Positions 10,362 to 20,180 of a DNA stretch of 64,000 nucleotides are shown one piece after another. Source of the DNA: Deltaproteobacteria bacterium (GTDB lineage Bacteria > Myxococcota_A > Polyangia > Fen-1088); contig JANRKS010000005.1 of the NCBI GenBank assembly GCA_033763315.1, positions 64,001 to 128,000 on the forward strand, written 5' to 3'. The first letter of the stretch is position 1; each line of letters opens with the position of its first letter. The notes below the pieces were generated by a model that saw only the letters and a program-made list of their open reading frames with translations, was not told where the DNA came from and searched no databases. Position numbers and translations under genes: made by a program.

Positions 10362-12382
10362 GACGGACGGCGCCGCCGGGCGACCATCGCTGCAGCAATC
10401 ATCGCGGCTCCCAATAACCAAGAATGCCATCCTAACGCTGGCACGGCCGTGGGCTGGTAATTCAGCAACACCGGCTTTTGCAGAATCACAGGCGTTCCCG
10501 TCATCGGATCAAGCACCGAGAAATTCAGCGTCGCCGTCAGCACGGGAGCCGAAAGCGGCACAGGCACTTCGTAGTTGCTAACGCCCGTGCTGGCACCGAG
10601 CAGATACAGCGTTGATCCGCCGCCCAGAAAGTTAACTTGAAGATTGGCGCTGCCCCACGAAGCTCCGACTTCCTTCGAGATCAATAACACCGGCGCATGC
10701 GACAAAGCCAAGTTCGTATTGAAGTCGCCCACGTCCAGTTTGTGGGACACGGGATCCCGCGTTGCCAAGGCACAAGGCAAACAGATGATCGGGGGTGGTT
10801 GAGGCAGCAACCAGGGAAAGCCCGAACCCGTCTCCGTCGCCGTGCCACAGCCTGCTCCGATGCATGGCGTAGCCGACCCGGTGGTCACAAACGGCGCACC
10901 CGCGGTGGCTACGTTGGCAAGCGCGGGATTGAGATCACCCGTGTCGGGATTGCCTGCCGGGCCCGTCTGGCACGTCGGCAGCACGGCTGGGCACTGGGAG
11001 TTGCCACCCGCGCAGACGGCGGACACGGCCTTGCACAAGTTGATCCTGCGTTGCGCTCCACACGGCGGGCTGGCGCAATAGTCAGCCGCGGTGGTCAAGG
11101 GCGTTCCCGTTTCATAAAGCAGGTCCGCCACTTCACGTGCGGAGAGGCTGGGATCATAGCCCCACACCACCGCGGCTGCGCCCGAAGTGATCGCCGCTGA
11201 GATCGATGTTCCTGTGACAGCCCCGGTGAAGCCTGCATAAAGGCCCGCTTCGTTGTCAGGGACCGACACGCTCCAGGAATAGGCGGCGATTCGCGGTGAG
11301 CCTCCCGCACGCGCGATGGTTAATCTGCGGTCCAAACCATCAACACCACCCGCTGAAACCAAAAACAGGCCGGCGGGCTCCGGCGCATACTGCGTGCCCT
11401 TGAGGAGATCCGCGCATGTTGACAACGATGGCGCAGGCTCGGACTCCCAAGCCGCAGGAAGCAGCGGTCCCTTATCAGCAGGTCCATTGGCGTTGCCTGC
11501 CGCAGCCACCACCAAAACACCGCGGCAAGATGCGTACGCGATAGCGTCGTAGACCGCTTGACTGGCCGGGCCTCGGCTGGCGCTGTCTTTGCTGTCCCAC
11601 CGTGGATCCCAACCCAGACTGAGGTTGATCACCTTGCGCTGCGAACGGGCTTCGTTGCTCGCGTCGTTAACGAAATCAAAGATGGCGCTCGCAAGATCGG
11701 TGGGTGTGCCGTGGGTGCCACCGTGAACTTCGTCGCGCGTTCCGTCGGCAAGGTATGCCAAACCGAGGTAGCTGTGCACAAGGCCAATGCAGCCGCCGGT
11801 GCTCGACGAGCCATCAGGATCAAAGGGGCATGACATTTCACGAATCACGCGCCCCACGATGCGGCCGTGATTGTACGTACCGCTCGGGCCTGCGGTGCCA
11901 TCGGTCGCTTCCTTCGGCGCCGAATCGATCACGCCCACAATGACGTTCGAAGGCCCGTTGCCTTGACCACGCACGTCCGCAAGGCGGCCGGTGCCGTTCT
12001 TGAAACTTTCGTAAAACCGCTTGGTCAAGTCAGATGTGCCAAGCAGGCTTGTGGCTGCCAGCGCCCCGATGATGCGACAATCTTTCTCAGCAACCCAATC
12101 CTTCGGCAGCACCAGATCGCCCTGCGTCACGTTCGGCGACCGGGTGTACACGCAATACCGAGAGAGGTTCTGTCCTCCAGCGCGGCCCGTGAGCAGCGTG
12201 CCCTGCCAAAACGCGGCTTCTGGACAACGTGCAATAGGCACGGGTGAGCGCGCGATCTGGCGCGTTTGCGAGCATGCATAGGGCGGTGGTACGTCGGCCA
12301 CGGCCGCCTCCCTTGCCACCAGGGGCAGCGCCAGAGTTGCTAGCAGTGTTAGTGACCACTTCATTGCTGGTTTCATGTGCAT
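10358..12382 (-). CDS. Secreted subtilisin-family (S8) peptidase with C-terminal IPTL/VPAL-type sorting signal
   Basis: Signal peptide; triad VGVIDS, NHGRIVG, GTSISAA; AAAGN oxyanion motif; AVPALG + TM + RRRR tail. Confidence 0.88.
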   Translation of the reverse strand: MHMKPAMKWSLTLLATLALPLVAREAAVADVPPPYACSQTRQIARSPVPIARCPEAAFWQGTLLTGRAGGQNLSRYCVYTRSPNVTQGDLVLPKDWVAEKDCRIIGALAATSLLGTSDLTKRFYESFKNGTGRLADVRGQGNGPSNVIVGVIDSAPKEATDGTAGPSGTYNHGRIVGRVIREMSCPFDPDGSSSTGGCIGLVHSYLGLAYLADGTRDEVHGGTHGTPTDLASAIFDFVNDASNEARSQRKVINLSLGWDPRWDSKDSASRGPASQAVYDAIAYASCRGVLVVAAAGNANGPADKGPLLPAAWESEPAPSLSTCADLLKGTQYAPEPAGLFLVSAGGVDGLDRRLTIARAGGSPRIAAYSWSVSVPDNEAGLYAGFTGAVTGTSISAAITSGAAAVVWGYDPSLSAREVADLLYETGTPLTTAADYCASPPCGAQRRINLCKAVSAVCAGGNSQCPAVLPTCQTGPAGNPDTGDLNPALANVATAGAPFVTTGSATPCIGAGCGTATETGSGFPWLLPQPPPIICLPCALATRDPVSHKLDVGDFNTNLALSHAPVLLISKEVGASWGSANLQVNFLGGGSTLYLLGASTGVSNYEVPVPLSAPVLTATLNFSVLDPMTGTPVILQKPVLLNYQPTAVPALGWHSWLLGAAMIAAAMVARRRRPS

Positions 12383-12391
12383 GTGCTCTGT

Positions 12392-15073
12392 TCATTGTGC
12401 AATTGCGCGAAACGCCGCCCAATCGTGTTTGGCCGTTGGTTCGCTTAACAGCGCCAGCTGGGCCCGACGCAAAGCCGTTGATAGATCAGCAGCGCCTTTG
12501 CCGCGATAAAATGATCGAAACAAAGCGAAGGCGTCTTCATCCCTCACCGCGCGGGTGGTGGCGATCGCCAAAGACGCGCCCGCCAGAATGAACGCTTGTG
12601 CAATGCCCACGCCCGTGGCACCTGCATCCGCAGAACCGCAGCCCGACAACACAACTTCATCGGGCGCGTGCGGCAACGCCAAAATGTCACCGATCTCCAG
12701 CCGCAGCCCCTCGGCAAGGGGCAGGCCACCTTGTAGATTTGCAGGCCCACGATTCAAAGCGTGGCCTGCGTAATGAAACAAGCCCACGCGATCCAGCTCA
12801 TCGAGCATCTTGCTGCGCACCACTTCGTCTCCGCTCAAGAACAGCGTGGGCCGGGTTTGGTTCAACCACGAAGCCACAGACGAGCCTTCCTTGGCTGATC
12901 CCGGAAGATCTTTTTGTGAGTCTGCAACCACCAAAGCAGCTGCGGGGGCCTTTGTCTTCGCGGCCCGCGGTGGCAGATCCAGGCTGTAGCTGATGGGCTG
13001 CAAGGCCACCAACGGCTGGGTACCAACCATGACAGCGTGAAAATCGAGCATGGCCAGCCCCGGAGGCGCGATGATCGTAAGCGACCGCGCACCTTCGGGC
13101 AGGGGAAGCAGGGGTTCCATCAACGCCTCGGCCCGCGTGCGATCGTTGTTGGACGAGCCACTCACTTTATAGGCGGCGGTGTTACCCCGCCAAGCGGCAA
13201 ATGCAAGATAACCGTCGACGGCCTGCACAAACACCACCATCAACTCATCTGCTCCAGGCGCGCGCAGGGACACTTCGTTAACGCGCGGCCCTAGCACCGC
13301 CAAGGCGTCATCGAGGGCCGCCAGCATCCGCTGGACGTACGGCTGTCTTTGCACCGCCGCGTCCACCAATTCTCGCTGTGACAACGCCCAATCATGATCG
13401 CTAAGCGCGGCGATTTGCTCACGCTCGTGCCGGTACCGTGCCATGGCCGATTCCCACGTGGCCCGATCTTGGCCTGTTAGACGGGCCACTTGATCGGGAA
13501 GCAGCGAAACGGCAGCGGTCTGTCGAATGCTTCTGCGTGCCACGGCGATGGCTTCTGCGTTGCGATTTTCTTGCAACAATAAGTCAATCCACTCGCGCAC
13601 GCTTTGTTCGCGAAGTGTGACCAGCGAGGCGCGGCCCTCACTTACAGGCACCCAACGCCGTTCGTCATCCAAAATGTTTTGGGCCTTCGCAAAGGCTTCA
13701 AGCGCGAAGCGCGTTCGTCCCAATCCACGGTAGGCACGCGCTTTGCCAAACGTCGCGCGCCACTCGTCTTGCGGGCGAGCGCTGGCGGATGCCAGCTTCT
13801 CAAGCGAAGTATACGCAGCCAGCGCTTTGGTGAACTGTCGCTCTTGCAGGTTCACACGCCCTTGCAGCTCATGCCACCACAGCGCCACCGGCAAGGACTT
13901 GGCCATTGCGTCTTGTTGAACAGAGGCCAATCGAGATTTTGCACTTTGCACATCGTTGTGTTGAAGGTCGTCGATCACCGCTGTTAGTTGTGTTGAGTCG
14001 CGGTTGGGAGATCCAGGGCATGACTCGTCGTATTGTTTAAGAGCCTGTGCCACAAGCTCGTGTGCGCCTGCCGCTCTAGAAGCAGCGTCGGGCTCGTTTG
14101 ATTCGCGAGCCATCAGCAGGGCCCAGGCCTTCGACGACAACCAATCCGCACGTTGGCAGCCGTGGCTATCCCCACCGTCACCCGCCTCTGACAGACGATC
14201 AAACATCGCCTGCCATTGGCCCAGTTGCTGATAAAGCTGCGCCAATTGCATGCTGGTGGCTTGCACCAGTTTGGTAAAACCGAGCCGGCGCGCCGCGAAT
14301 GCCGCGTCACCCAGCAAGCGCAGCGCAGATCGTACGTCGCCCGTTTGGGCCGCGTTTAAACCGCGAAAATACAGCACATGCGCCTGGCCATCAGGATATT
14401 GCGGAGCTTGCGCCCACGCCTCGTCAAGGCGCTTTCGGCTTTCACCGTAGCTCCCGCGGTGCTCTAACTCTATGTACGCAAGCACCAACAAGTCATCACA
14501 CGCCTCGGCGGCGTGGCCAGCCTCTGCAAACAGCGCCACAGCCTCAACGAGATCGTGAAACGCAGAATCCAGTTGCCCTGCACGCAAAGACAAACGCGCG
14601 CGTTCACTCAAGGCCCGGGCCCTCGGCACGCCTTGTGATGAATCCAGCACCGCCTGCACGGCTTGCGACACGGCTGACACATTCCCGCTGTCGCGCGCTT
14701 CGCGCGCCCGCAACATAAGCGACGAGGGCGGCTCGATTCGCAGCGACCACGCGCGCGTGGTTCCCCCTGTTGTGGTCACTGTGAGCGTGCTTGCGGACGC
14801 CGGCACCGTGATCTGCAGCAGACGGCCTTCGTTTGCGGCAAGTGTGACAACGCTCGCGGCGCCCTTGTCGGTGGCGGCCACGATCGCGTCGCTCAACGGT
14901 TCCGTGAGGAGCACCCGCAACGAATTGGTTGCATCGAGAATGCAGGCGGCCCCGGGCAGCTGCTTGGCACAGCCAGAGATTTCAACCGCCAACGCCGCCG
15001 GTTCAGGATCACGGCACGCGACGGCCCAAAGCGCCGCCCAAATACACAGCCGCCTCTGTTGATGCCCGAACAT
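12392..15073 (-). CDS. TPR-CHAT (caspase-like) protease
   Basis: Helical repeats followed by CHAT motifs FHYAGHA, VVLSGCGS, GIAQAFILAGA, WAAF; start uncertain (ORF open to 15214). Confidence 0.88.
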   Translation of the reverse strand: MFGHQQRRLCIWAALWAVACRDPEPAALAVEISGCAKQLPGAACILDATNSLRVLLTEPLSDAIVAATDKGAASVVTLAANEGRLLQITVPASASTLTVTTTGGTTRAWSLRIEPPSSLMLRAREARDSGNVSAVSQAVQAVLDSSQGVPRARALSERARLSLRAGQLDSAFHDLVEAVALFAEAGHAAEACDDLLVLAYIELEHRGSYGESRKRLDEAWAQAPQYPDGQAHVLYFRGLNAAQTGDVRSALRLLGDAAFAARRLGFTKLVQATSMQLAQLYQQLGQWQAMFDRLSEAGDGGDSHGCQRADWLSSKAWALLMARESNEPDAASRAAGAHELVAQALKQYDESCPGSPNRDSTQLTAVIDDLQHNDVQSAKSRLASVQQDAMAKSLPVALWWHELQGRVNLQERQFTKALAAYTSLEKLASASARPQDEWRATFGKARAYRGLGRTRFALEAFAKAQNILDDERRWVPVSEGRASLVTLREQSVREWIDLLLQENRNAEAIAVARRSIRQTAAVSLLPDQVARLTGQDRATWESAMARYRHEREQIAALSDHDWALSQRELVDAAVQRQPYVQRMLAALDDALAVLGPRVNEVSLRAPGADELMVVFVQAVDGYLAFAAWRGNTAAYKVSGSSNNDRTRAEALMEPLLPLPEGARSLTIIAPPGLAMLDFHAVMVGTQPLVALQPISYSLDLPPRAAKTKAPAAALVVADSQKDLPGSAKEGSSVASWLNQTRPTLFLSGDEVVRSKMLDELDRVGLFHYAGHALNRGPANLQGGLPLAEGLRLEIGDILALPHAPDEVVLSGCGSADAGATGVGIAQAFILAGASLAIATTRAVRDEDAFALFRSFYRGKGAADLSTALRRAQLALLSEPTAKHDWAAFRAIAQ

Positions 15074-15189
15074 GAGTGTGCCATCAAGCCGCGCGTCAAT
15101 GCGCCTGGAAAACCTCTGCGACCATACGAAGAGCCACGACGGACGCAAGCGACGTTTGTGGTGAAATGCAATGAGCGAAACGAACTGAT

Positions 15190-15205
15190 TACGTGATGCG
15201 TGCCA
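15190..15205 (-). promoter_or_regulatory. Possible sigma54 promoter upstream of the CHAT gene
   Basis: Perfect TGGCACG -24 box, but -12 reads GT instead of GC. Confidence 0.25.
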
Positions 15206-15259
15206 TACCGTCACAAAGGTGTCGCTTTACTGCCGGTGGTTTCATGATCGAGTCGTGCT

Positions 15260-15440
15260 GTGTCAGCACGACGACCATTGATACTGATCTTGTGTGGCCT
15301 GTTGCTCGGGTGCGGTGATGATGGCGCCGCAAAGATGTCAACCGATGGGGGCCTCATTGATGCGCAAGCTTCGTCTTCACTCTGGACACGAACGTGGCCT
15401 AGATCAACAATGGCCGTGGGTCCACGTGGGGCTCCACAGC
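15260..15440 (+). pseudogene. Orphan lipoprotein N-terminus
   Basis: RRPLILILCGLLLGCGDDG signal/lipobox with no recognisable continuation; right boundary approximate. Confidence 0.35.
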
Positions 15441-15503
15441 TTAACCCCAGGACGTTCTGGTGGGGCAGAAGTTCTCGGCTGCGCACAAGCATCGAGGGGA
15501 CAC

Positions 15504-17171
15504 ATGCCGTTTCAAAGCCAATACGCGAATCTGGTCTCCCAGAAAAGTGAAGCACACACGCGCCTCATTCGTGATTACGACGGCCCGAATCCAGACTTTG
15601 ACTACATCGTTATCGGATCGGGGATGGGCGGCGGCACGGTTGCAGACGCCTTGGCTGATCGCAATCCTGGCAAACGCATCCTCGTCGTGGACGCTGGATC
15701 ATTCGTTTACCCTACGCACGTTTACAACATCAGCCGCATCCCGAATGGATCGGTGGCAGCGCACTTCGGCGTCGACAACTTCTTGCAGACCGAAACACCG
15801 CAGCACTTCATCGGCAGCAAACCGCAACTTGTGTTCGGCGGACGCTCCATTTTTTGGTCGGGTCTCATCCCGCGGCCGCAGGATTGGGAGTTGGAATTCT
15901 TCCCCGACACCCTCCGCGCTGACTTGAAAGCCACGTATCTTTCGCTTGCCGCCGAGCGCATGAACGTCTCGCGTACCTTGGGCCAGAAAGCCAGCCAGCT
16001 GGTCGACCACTTTCGAAGCAGCCCGATCGCCAACGATTTTGACATCTACGAGACGCCGCGTGCCTTGCACCAGCCTTACCTATTGGCTGACGGCACGCCT
16101 ACGAATAACTTCTTCGTGGAGCCAACCGGCGTGTTCAATACGGCTGAGCTTCTTATCAACCAGACCGGTCTGACGCGCCCCGAGCTTGACCTCAACGGCG
16201 CCGGCTTGTTTGTCAAATTGAATAGCTTTGTCGAAGGTGTAAACAACGTTCCGTTCGATTGGTACGAAGTGAGGACGACCAACACGGTGACGGGTCAACA
16301 GCGCAGCTTCTACTCGCAAAAAGTGGTGATCGCGGCCGGTTCGACGGAAAGCCCAAAGCTTATCAACCGCTCGTCGGTGTTCCACACCTTGCCCAGCGAC
16401 ATCAAACAACTTGTGGGGTTTGGGCTCACGGATCACCCCGTCACAAGCGAATCGCAGGCTTATGTCACGGCTTTGGGGAACCCACCCATCGAAATCTCGC
16501 CCCATGATCACGCGAAGATCATCTTCTATTCCCGGGGTAAAACGGACGCCAACGGCAACCTGCAATATCCCTTTAACATTGAGATGAATATCAACCACGA
16601 GTATTGGCATTTGCGGAACAACGATCCGTCGGCAGGCCTCACCGATCACGATCCAACCCGCTCACGTGTGGACATCAAATTTAGCTTCGCCAACTGCCTG
16701 GACGACCAAAACGGCATTCACTCGCACGCCAACGATGGCTACACGCCCTACATCACATTTAAGCGCTTCGCCAACCTCGCCGACCTGCTGAACTCACGCA
16801 TCCCCGCCGTCGCCGGCTGGCAGAGCGACATTGCCAGCTTCATGACGCTGCTGAACCAAACGCGAGATCGTCTTTGGAATGAGTTCAATGATGTGCAGGT
16901 CATCACCGGGCCGTATGGGGGTTTCCCTGGCGAGCAATGGCCGTTCGGCTGGGGTACGGTTCACCATGCCTGCGGCACCCTGCGGATGCCGTGGAAAGCG
17001 AATCGGAATGCCGCTTTCAACCATCGATCCGTGGTCGACGAGAACTTGAAAGTGTTTGGCACCACGGGCCTCTACGTCTGCGATATGTCCGTGCTGCCCA
17101 TCAGCACCGCCGCGAATCCGGTGCGCGCCTTGGCTGGTTTGGCGCTGCGGCTGTCGGAGCATTTGAGTTGA
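15504..17171 (+). CDS. GMC-family FAD oxidoreductase
   Basis: GAGGGG RBS; FDYIVIGSGMGGG Rossmann motif, GLTDHP, VHHACGTLRM, LYVCDMSV, ANPV. Confidence 0.9.
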   Translation: MPFQSQYANLVSQKSEAHTRLIRDYDGPNPDFDYIVIGSGMGGGTVADALADRNPGKRILVVDAGSFVYPTHVYNISRIPNGSVAAHFGVDNFLQTETPQHFIGSKPQLVFGGRSIFWSGLIPRPQDWELEFFPDTLRADLKATYLSLAAERMNVSRTLGQKASQLVDHFRSSPIANDFDIYETPRALHQPYLLADGTPTNNFFVEPTGVFNTAELLINQTGLTRPELDLNGAGLFVKLNSFVEGVNNVPFDWYEVRTTNTVTGQQRSFYSQKVVIAAGSTESPKLINRSSVFHTLPSDIKQLVGFGLTDHPVTSESQAYVTALGNPPIEISPHDHAKIIFYSRGKTDANGNLQYPFNIEMNINHEYWHLRNNDPSAGLTDHDPTRSRVDIKFSFANCLDDQNGIHSHANDGYTPYITFKRFANLADLLNSRIPAVAGWQSDIASFMTLLNQTRDRLWNEFNDVQVITGPYGGFPGEQWPFGWGTVHHACGTLRMPWKANRNAAFNHRSVVDENLKVFGTTGLYVCDMSVLPISTAANPVRALAGLALRLSEHLS

Positions 17172-17194
17172 AGGGCTCGTTTGCGCCCATCGGA

Positions 17195-17530
17195 GCTGCA
17201 CGAATCAACATCCAATCTTCAACGTTGCATCCTTCACGCCGGCTGCCTTCAATTTGCTGCACCACTTCCCCCTTCAAGATGACAGAAGGGTTGCCTTCAC
17301 CGAGAAAGTACATGCAGAGACCTGTCCGGTGATGGTGCTCAACGCCTGTTCAATTTCCGTCGGGTCGGTGGTTGAATAGAACTTCACGTTGCCGCTGCGC
17401 GCTCGACCGCCCCCTTCTGCAAGCTGGGTTTAAAGCGGCGAAGTTGCTGGCTCCAGCAAGGGACACATCGGGAATGGCTATCCCCAGAACGAAGGTTGCA
17501 TATCCGGCGAGTCGAGCGTTCGCGTAAAGT
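17195..17530 (-). pseudogene. Frameshifted C-terminal remnant of a myxobacterial vWA-domain protein
   Basis: GYATFVLGI..., QLAEGGGRARSGNVKFYSTTDPTEIEQALSTITGQVSACTF and GCNVEDW in shifting frames. Confidence 0.55.
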
Positions 17531-17560
17531 ACTCACGCTCCTTGTCGCGGGACCGGGGCG

Positions 17561-18075
17561 CTAAGGCACGGCGGTGCACTGCATTTGCACCGTGCCGTTG
17601 CGGCCTCTGATGTTTTCCACGCAGCGTCGGTTGAGCCATCGAAGGTCACGGTGATGCTGCGGCCACGAAAGCCCGTGTGAACGATCGATCCTGCGGAAGG
17701 GCAGCTGGCTTTGCAGGTTTTGATGCCGGTGATTGATGTCGAGCGGTTGACGTTGCCTACGGAAAGTTGCCAGGTACCATTGAGCTCCATGCACTCAGTG
17801 GCGGGATCGGCCACCACGTGAACTGCCCGTGCGCGTAAAGCGATTGCCTCGCTGGCCTACGCCATTGCCTGAAGACATCACTGTTAATCGTTTGTTCGCG
17901 CCTTCATTCGTGAGCAGCCCCGTGGAAGTGATATCCATCGTGGCTTGATTCACTTTCAAATCTTTGCTGGTTAGCGAAATCTGAACGCCGTTAGGCGTGT
18001 CTGAGAAAGTGGTGGTTAACGTTCCCGTGATTTGGCGCAGGCCCCGCGGGCCGGTGCAGGCTTGCAACGTGACAT
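17561..18075 (-). pseudogene. Frameshifted C-terminal remnant of a beta-rich secreted protein
   Basis: Continuous protein-like sequence across ORFs 17795..18067, 17533..17817 and 17561..17794, broken by two frameshifts; no N-terminus. Confidence 0.6.
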
Positions 18076-18078
18076 CGG

Positions 18079-18325
18079 CGACAACTCACTGGTCATGTGG
18101 ATTACGGAGTTTGGCAATGGGGCTTCACACAGCACAATGGACATTCCGATTGTGCTGGCCGGTAGCTTGGGCGGTGCTCTGAAAACAGACCGCTACATCA
18201 ACCTGGCGAACCCAACGTCATCGACCAACCGGCTGTTCGTCACAATCAGGAAGCTGTTTGGCATGCCCGACGACAGGTTCGGCAGTGGCCCCCGCAACAC
18301 GGGCACTTTGCCTGGCATCGCGTAG
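18079..18325 (+). pseudogene. C-terminal fragment of a DUF1552-family protein
   Basis: DNSLVMWITEFGNGASHSTMDIPIVLAGSLGGALKTDRY...NRLFVTI...FG motif; N-terminal part absent. Confidence 0.75.
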
Positions 18326-18406
18326 CGGTTGCGAACTCAAATAGCTCCCGCATCTTGAGACCGCGGCATTGATCGGTGGCGTTCAATTGCCAGCCTCGCG
18401 CACACG

Positions 18407-18434
18407 AAAAAACGGGACCCTTTCGGATCCCGTT
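18407..18434 (-). terminator. Rho-independent terminator of 18459..19805
   Basis: Minus strand AACGGGATCC-GAAA-GGGTCCCGTT-TTTT. Confidence 0.85.
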
Positions 18435-18458
18435 CGTCGTGGTTAACTGCGTCTGTGG

Positions 18459-19805
18459 TTACGTCTTGACGTTGACGTCGTCGATGCAGACGCAGGCGTC
18501 CTTGGGAGCGCGAATCTCAACCTTGAGGAGACCATCCCAGTTCAACGTCTTTGGTACGATACCGTTGAGGTAAACGGTTTCAGTCTTCTTGGTGGTGCTG
18601 CCCTTTGAATAGCCTGAAATCGTAGCCATCCTGTTGTTGTTGAGGTTGTATTCGTCGTTGATCTTCAAACTCGTCAATGAGAACGGCTCGCCGCTGTTCT
18701 TCGTGACCACGATGTGAGATCCGTTACCAACGCACAACCGCTTGCTGCCATTGTTTTCCGAGAGGTTTAAGACCCCGTTCGAGTAGAGGTCAACCGTGTT
18801 TTTAAACTCAATGCCAGTGGCCGTTGTCCAAACGTCGGTGCGGGTGTTGGTCTTACGGCCCGTTGCCTCGGCTTGAAAGTCCAGCGTGCGCGGCGTCCAG
18901 TTTTGGACGACGGTGCCGTTGTAGTTGCTGTTGACGTAGGTGACCAACACGTTTTGCCACGTATTATTGAACTGGCCGTAAGGCGCGTCAGACTTGCCGC
19001 AATCGATGTACTCGAAGTGCTCATTATCGGGCAGATACCTGGCGGTGCAAAGCCCATCCGCAACGCCATCGAAGAACGCGCTGGTGTCGGGACGGTAGCC
19101 GCTCCACGCCTTGTATGGATTGCTGGTGCTGGCGCCCAAACGCCCGGGGATGCTGGCTTTGAAGCCGTCGCCTTTGACGTACCAAGCTTGGGGAGGGTTT
19201 TGCGAGAGCATGTTGCCGAAGAACACGCCTTCTTGAATGTGAGCGTCACTGCCAGCTTGGTATGCCTCGCTGATGCCAACGGAAGGCATCTTGTTGGGAT
19301 CGCCGTTGATGTAGATGGGCACCTTGTTGCCGGTGCTGTTCATGTGGGCCATCATGCAGGCGCTGACCTTTTGTTGGCAGCTGGAATCGCAAGCGCCAGT
19401 CTTCCAACTCGTGCCGATACCGAGCCGTCCATAATAGCGGCGCATCACACCCGTGTTGTCGGCTTTGTCCAGATAGTCGCCATTCGCCAAGGCACACTTT
19501 GCCAAGTACTCCACCGTGGAGCGTCCGCCGTTTGAGGTCATCAAGCCATTCGAGGTCATCAGGCCGTTGATCGTGGAAAGGCCGTTGATCGTCGACAAGC
19601 CGTTGGACGTCATGAGACCGTTGGACGCCACCAAACCATTGATGGCCGATAAGCCGTTGATGGCCGAAAGGCCGTTCTCCGACGTCAGACCTTGCTTTAC
19701 GGGGTCATCTTGAAGCAGTGACGCTCCCTCCTCAGCAGGCGCGCCACACGCGGCCGCGCCGCCCAACAGCAAAGCACTCACCGACCACAACAGGCTCTTG
19801 GACAT
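18459..19805 (-). CDS. Lipoprotein with NGL hexapeptide repeats and a conserved myxobacterial Cys domain
   Basis: AAAC lipobox; (NGLxxx)8; YLAKCAL...CDSSCQQKVSACMMAH..QEGVFFGN. Confidence 0.85.
   Translation of the reverse strand: MSKSLLWSVSALLLGGAAACGAPAEEGASLLQDDPVKQGLTSENGLSAINGLSAINGLVASNGLMTSNGLSTINGLSTINGLMTSNGLMTSNGGRSTVEYLAKCALANGDYLDKADNTGVMRRYYGRLGIGTSWKTGACDSSCQQKVSACMMAHMNSTGNKVPIYINGDPNKMPSVGISEAYQAGSDAHIQEGVFFGNMLSQNPPQAWYVKGDGFKASIPGRLGASTSNPYKAWSGYRPDTSAFFDGVADGLCTARYLPDNEHFEYIDCGKSDAPYGQFNNTWQNVLVTYVNSNYNGTVVQNWTPRTLDFQAEATGRKTNTRTDVWTTATGIEFKNTVDLYSNGVLNLSENNGSKRLCVGNGSHIVVTKNSGEPFSLTSLKINDEYNLNNNRMATISGYSKGSTTKKTETVYLNGIVPKTLNWDGLLKVEIRAPKDACVCIDDVNVKT
19529..19676 (-). 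repeat. About 8 degenerate 18-bp tandem repeats encoding NGL[SVM][AT][IS]
   Basis: Visible in DNA and protein. Confidence 0.9.
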
Positions 19806-19810
19806 TTTCT

Positions 19811-19896
19811 TTCTCCTTCGGAAACCCAGCCGGCTCGGTGAGCCCTGTTGGCTTTGCGTCCCGCGGTTGCCCGCGGTTTGCGTTTTTCGGGAAAAT
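19811..19896 (-). ncRNA. GEMM-I (c-di-GMP-I family) cyclic-dinucleotide riboswitch
   Basis: Minus strand GCAAACCGCGG-GCAA-CCGCGGGACGCAAAGCC...GGCTGGGTTTCCGAA matches GEMM-I consensus (GNRA-capped stem, GACGCAAAGC, 3' CCGA); directly 5' of a CDS. Confidence 0.88.
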
Positions 19897-19914
19897 CCCC
19901 GCCCTTTCCGCCGT

Positions 19915-19930
19915 TGCAGAGCTTGTGCCG
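19915..19930 (-). promoter_or_regulatory. sigma54 (-24/-12) promoter
   Basis: CGGCACAAGCTCTGCA = GG-N10-GC; predicted start near 19904, just 5' of the riboswitch. Confidence 0.65.
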
Positions 19931-20180
19931 ACCGTTTTCCCTAAGAAACGCTGGGGCAGTTGGGATCTTGGCGGGCGCCTGTGTTGTGTGGCAGGCAACA
20001 GGTGTTGGTTTCGGTGCAACAGAAAGCAGGAGCAGCGAGATACGCCTACACCAGAGCGTCCGCACGACACTTCAGCTTGCGGCTACCTTTGCCCCGGCGC
20101 CGCCCGGGCCTCCCCAGCGAGCGGCTCCCGAACGATTTGCTCGGGCCACAAAAGGGGCCCGGGGTATAATTTGACGTGAA

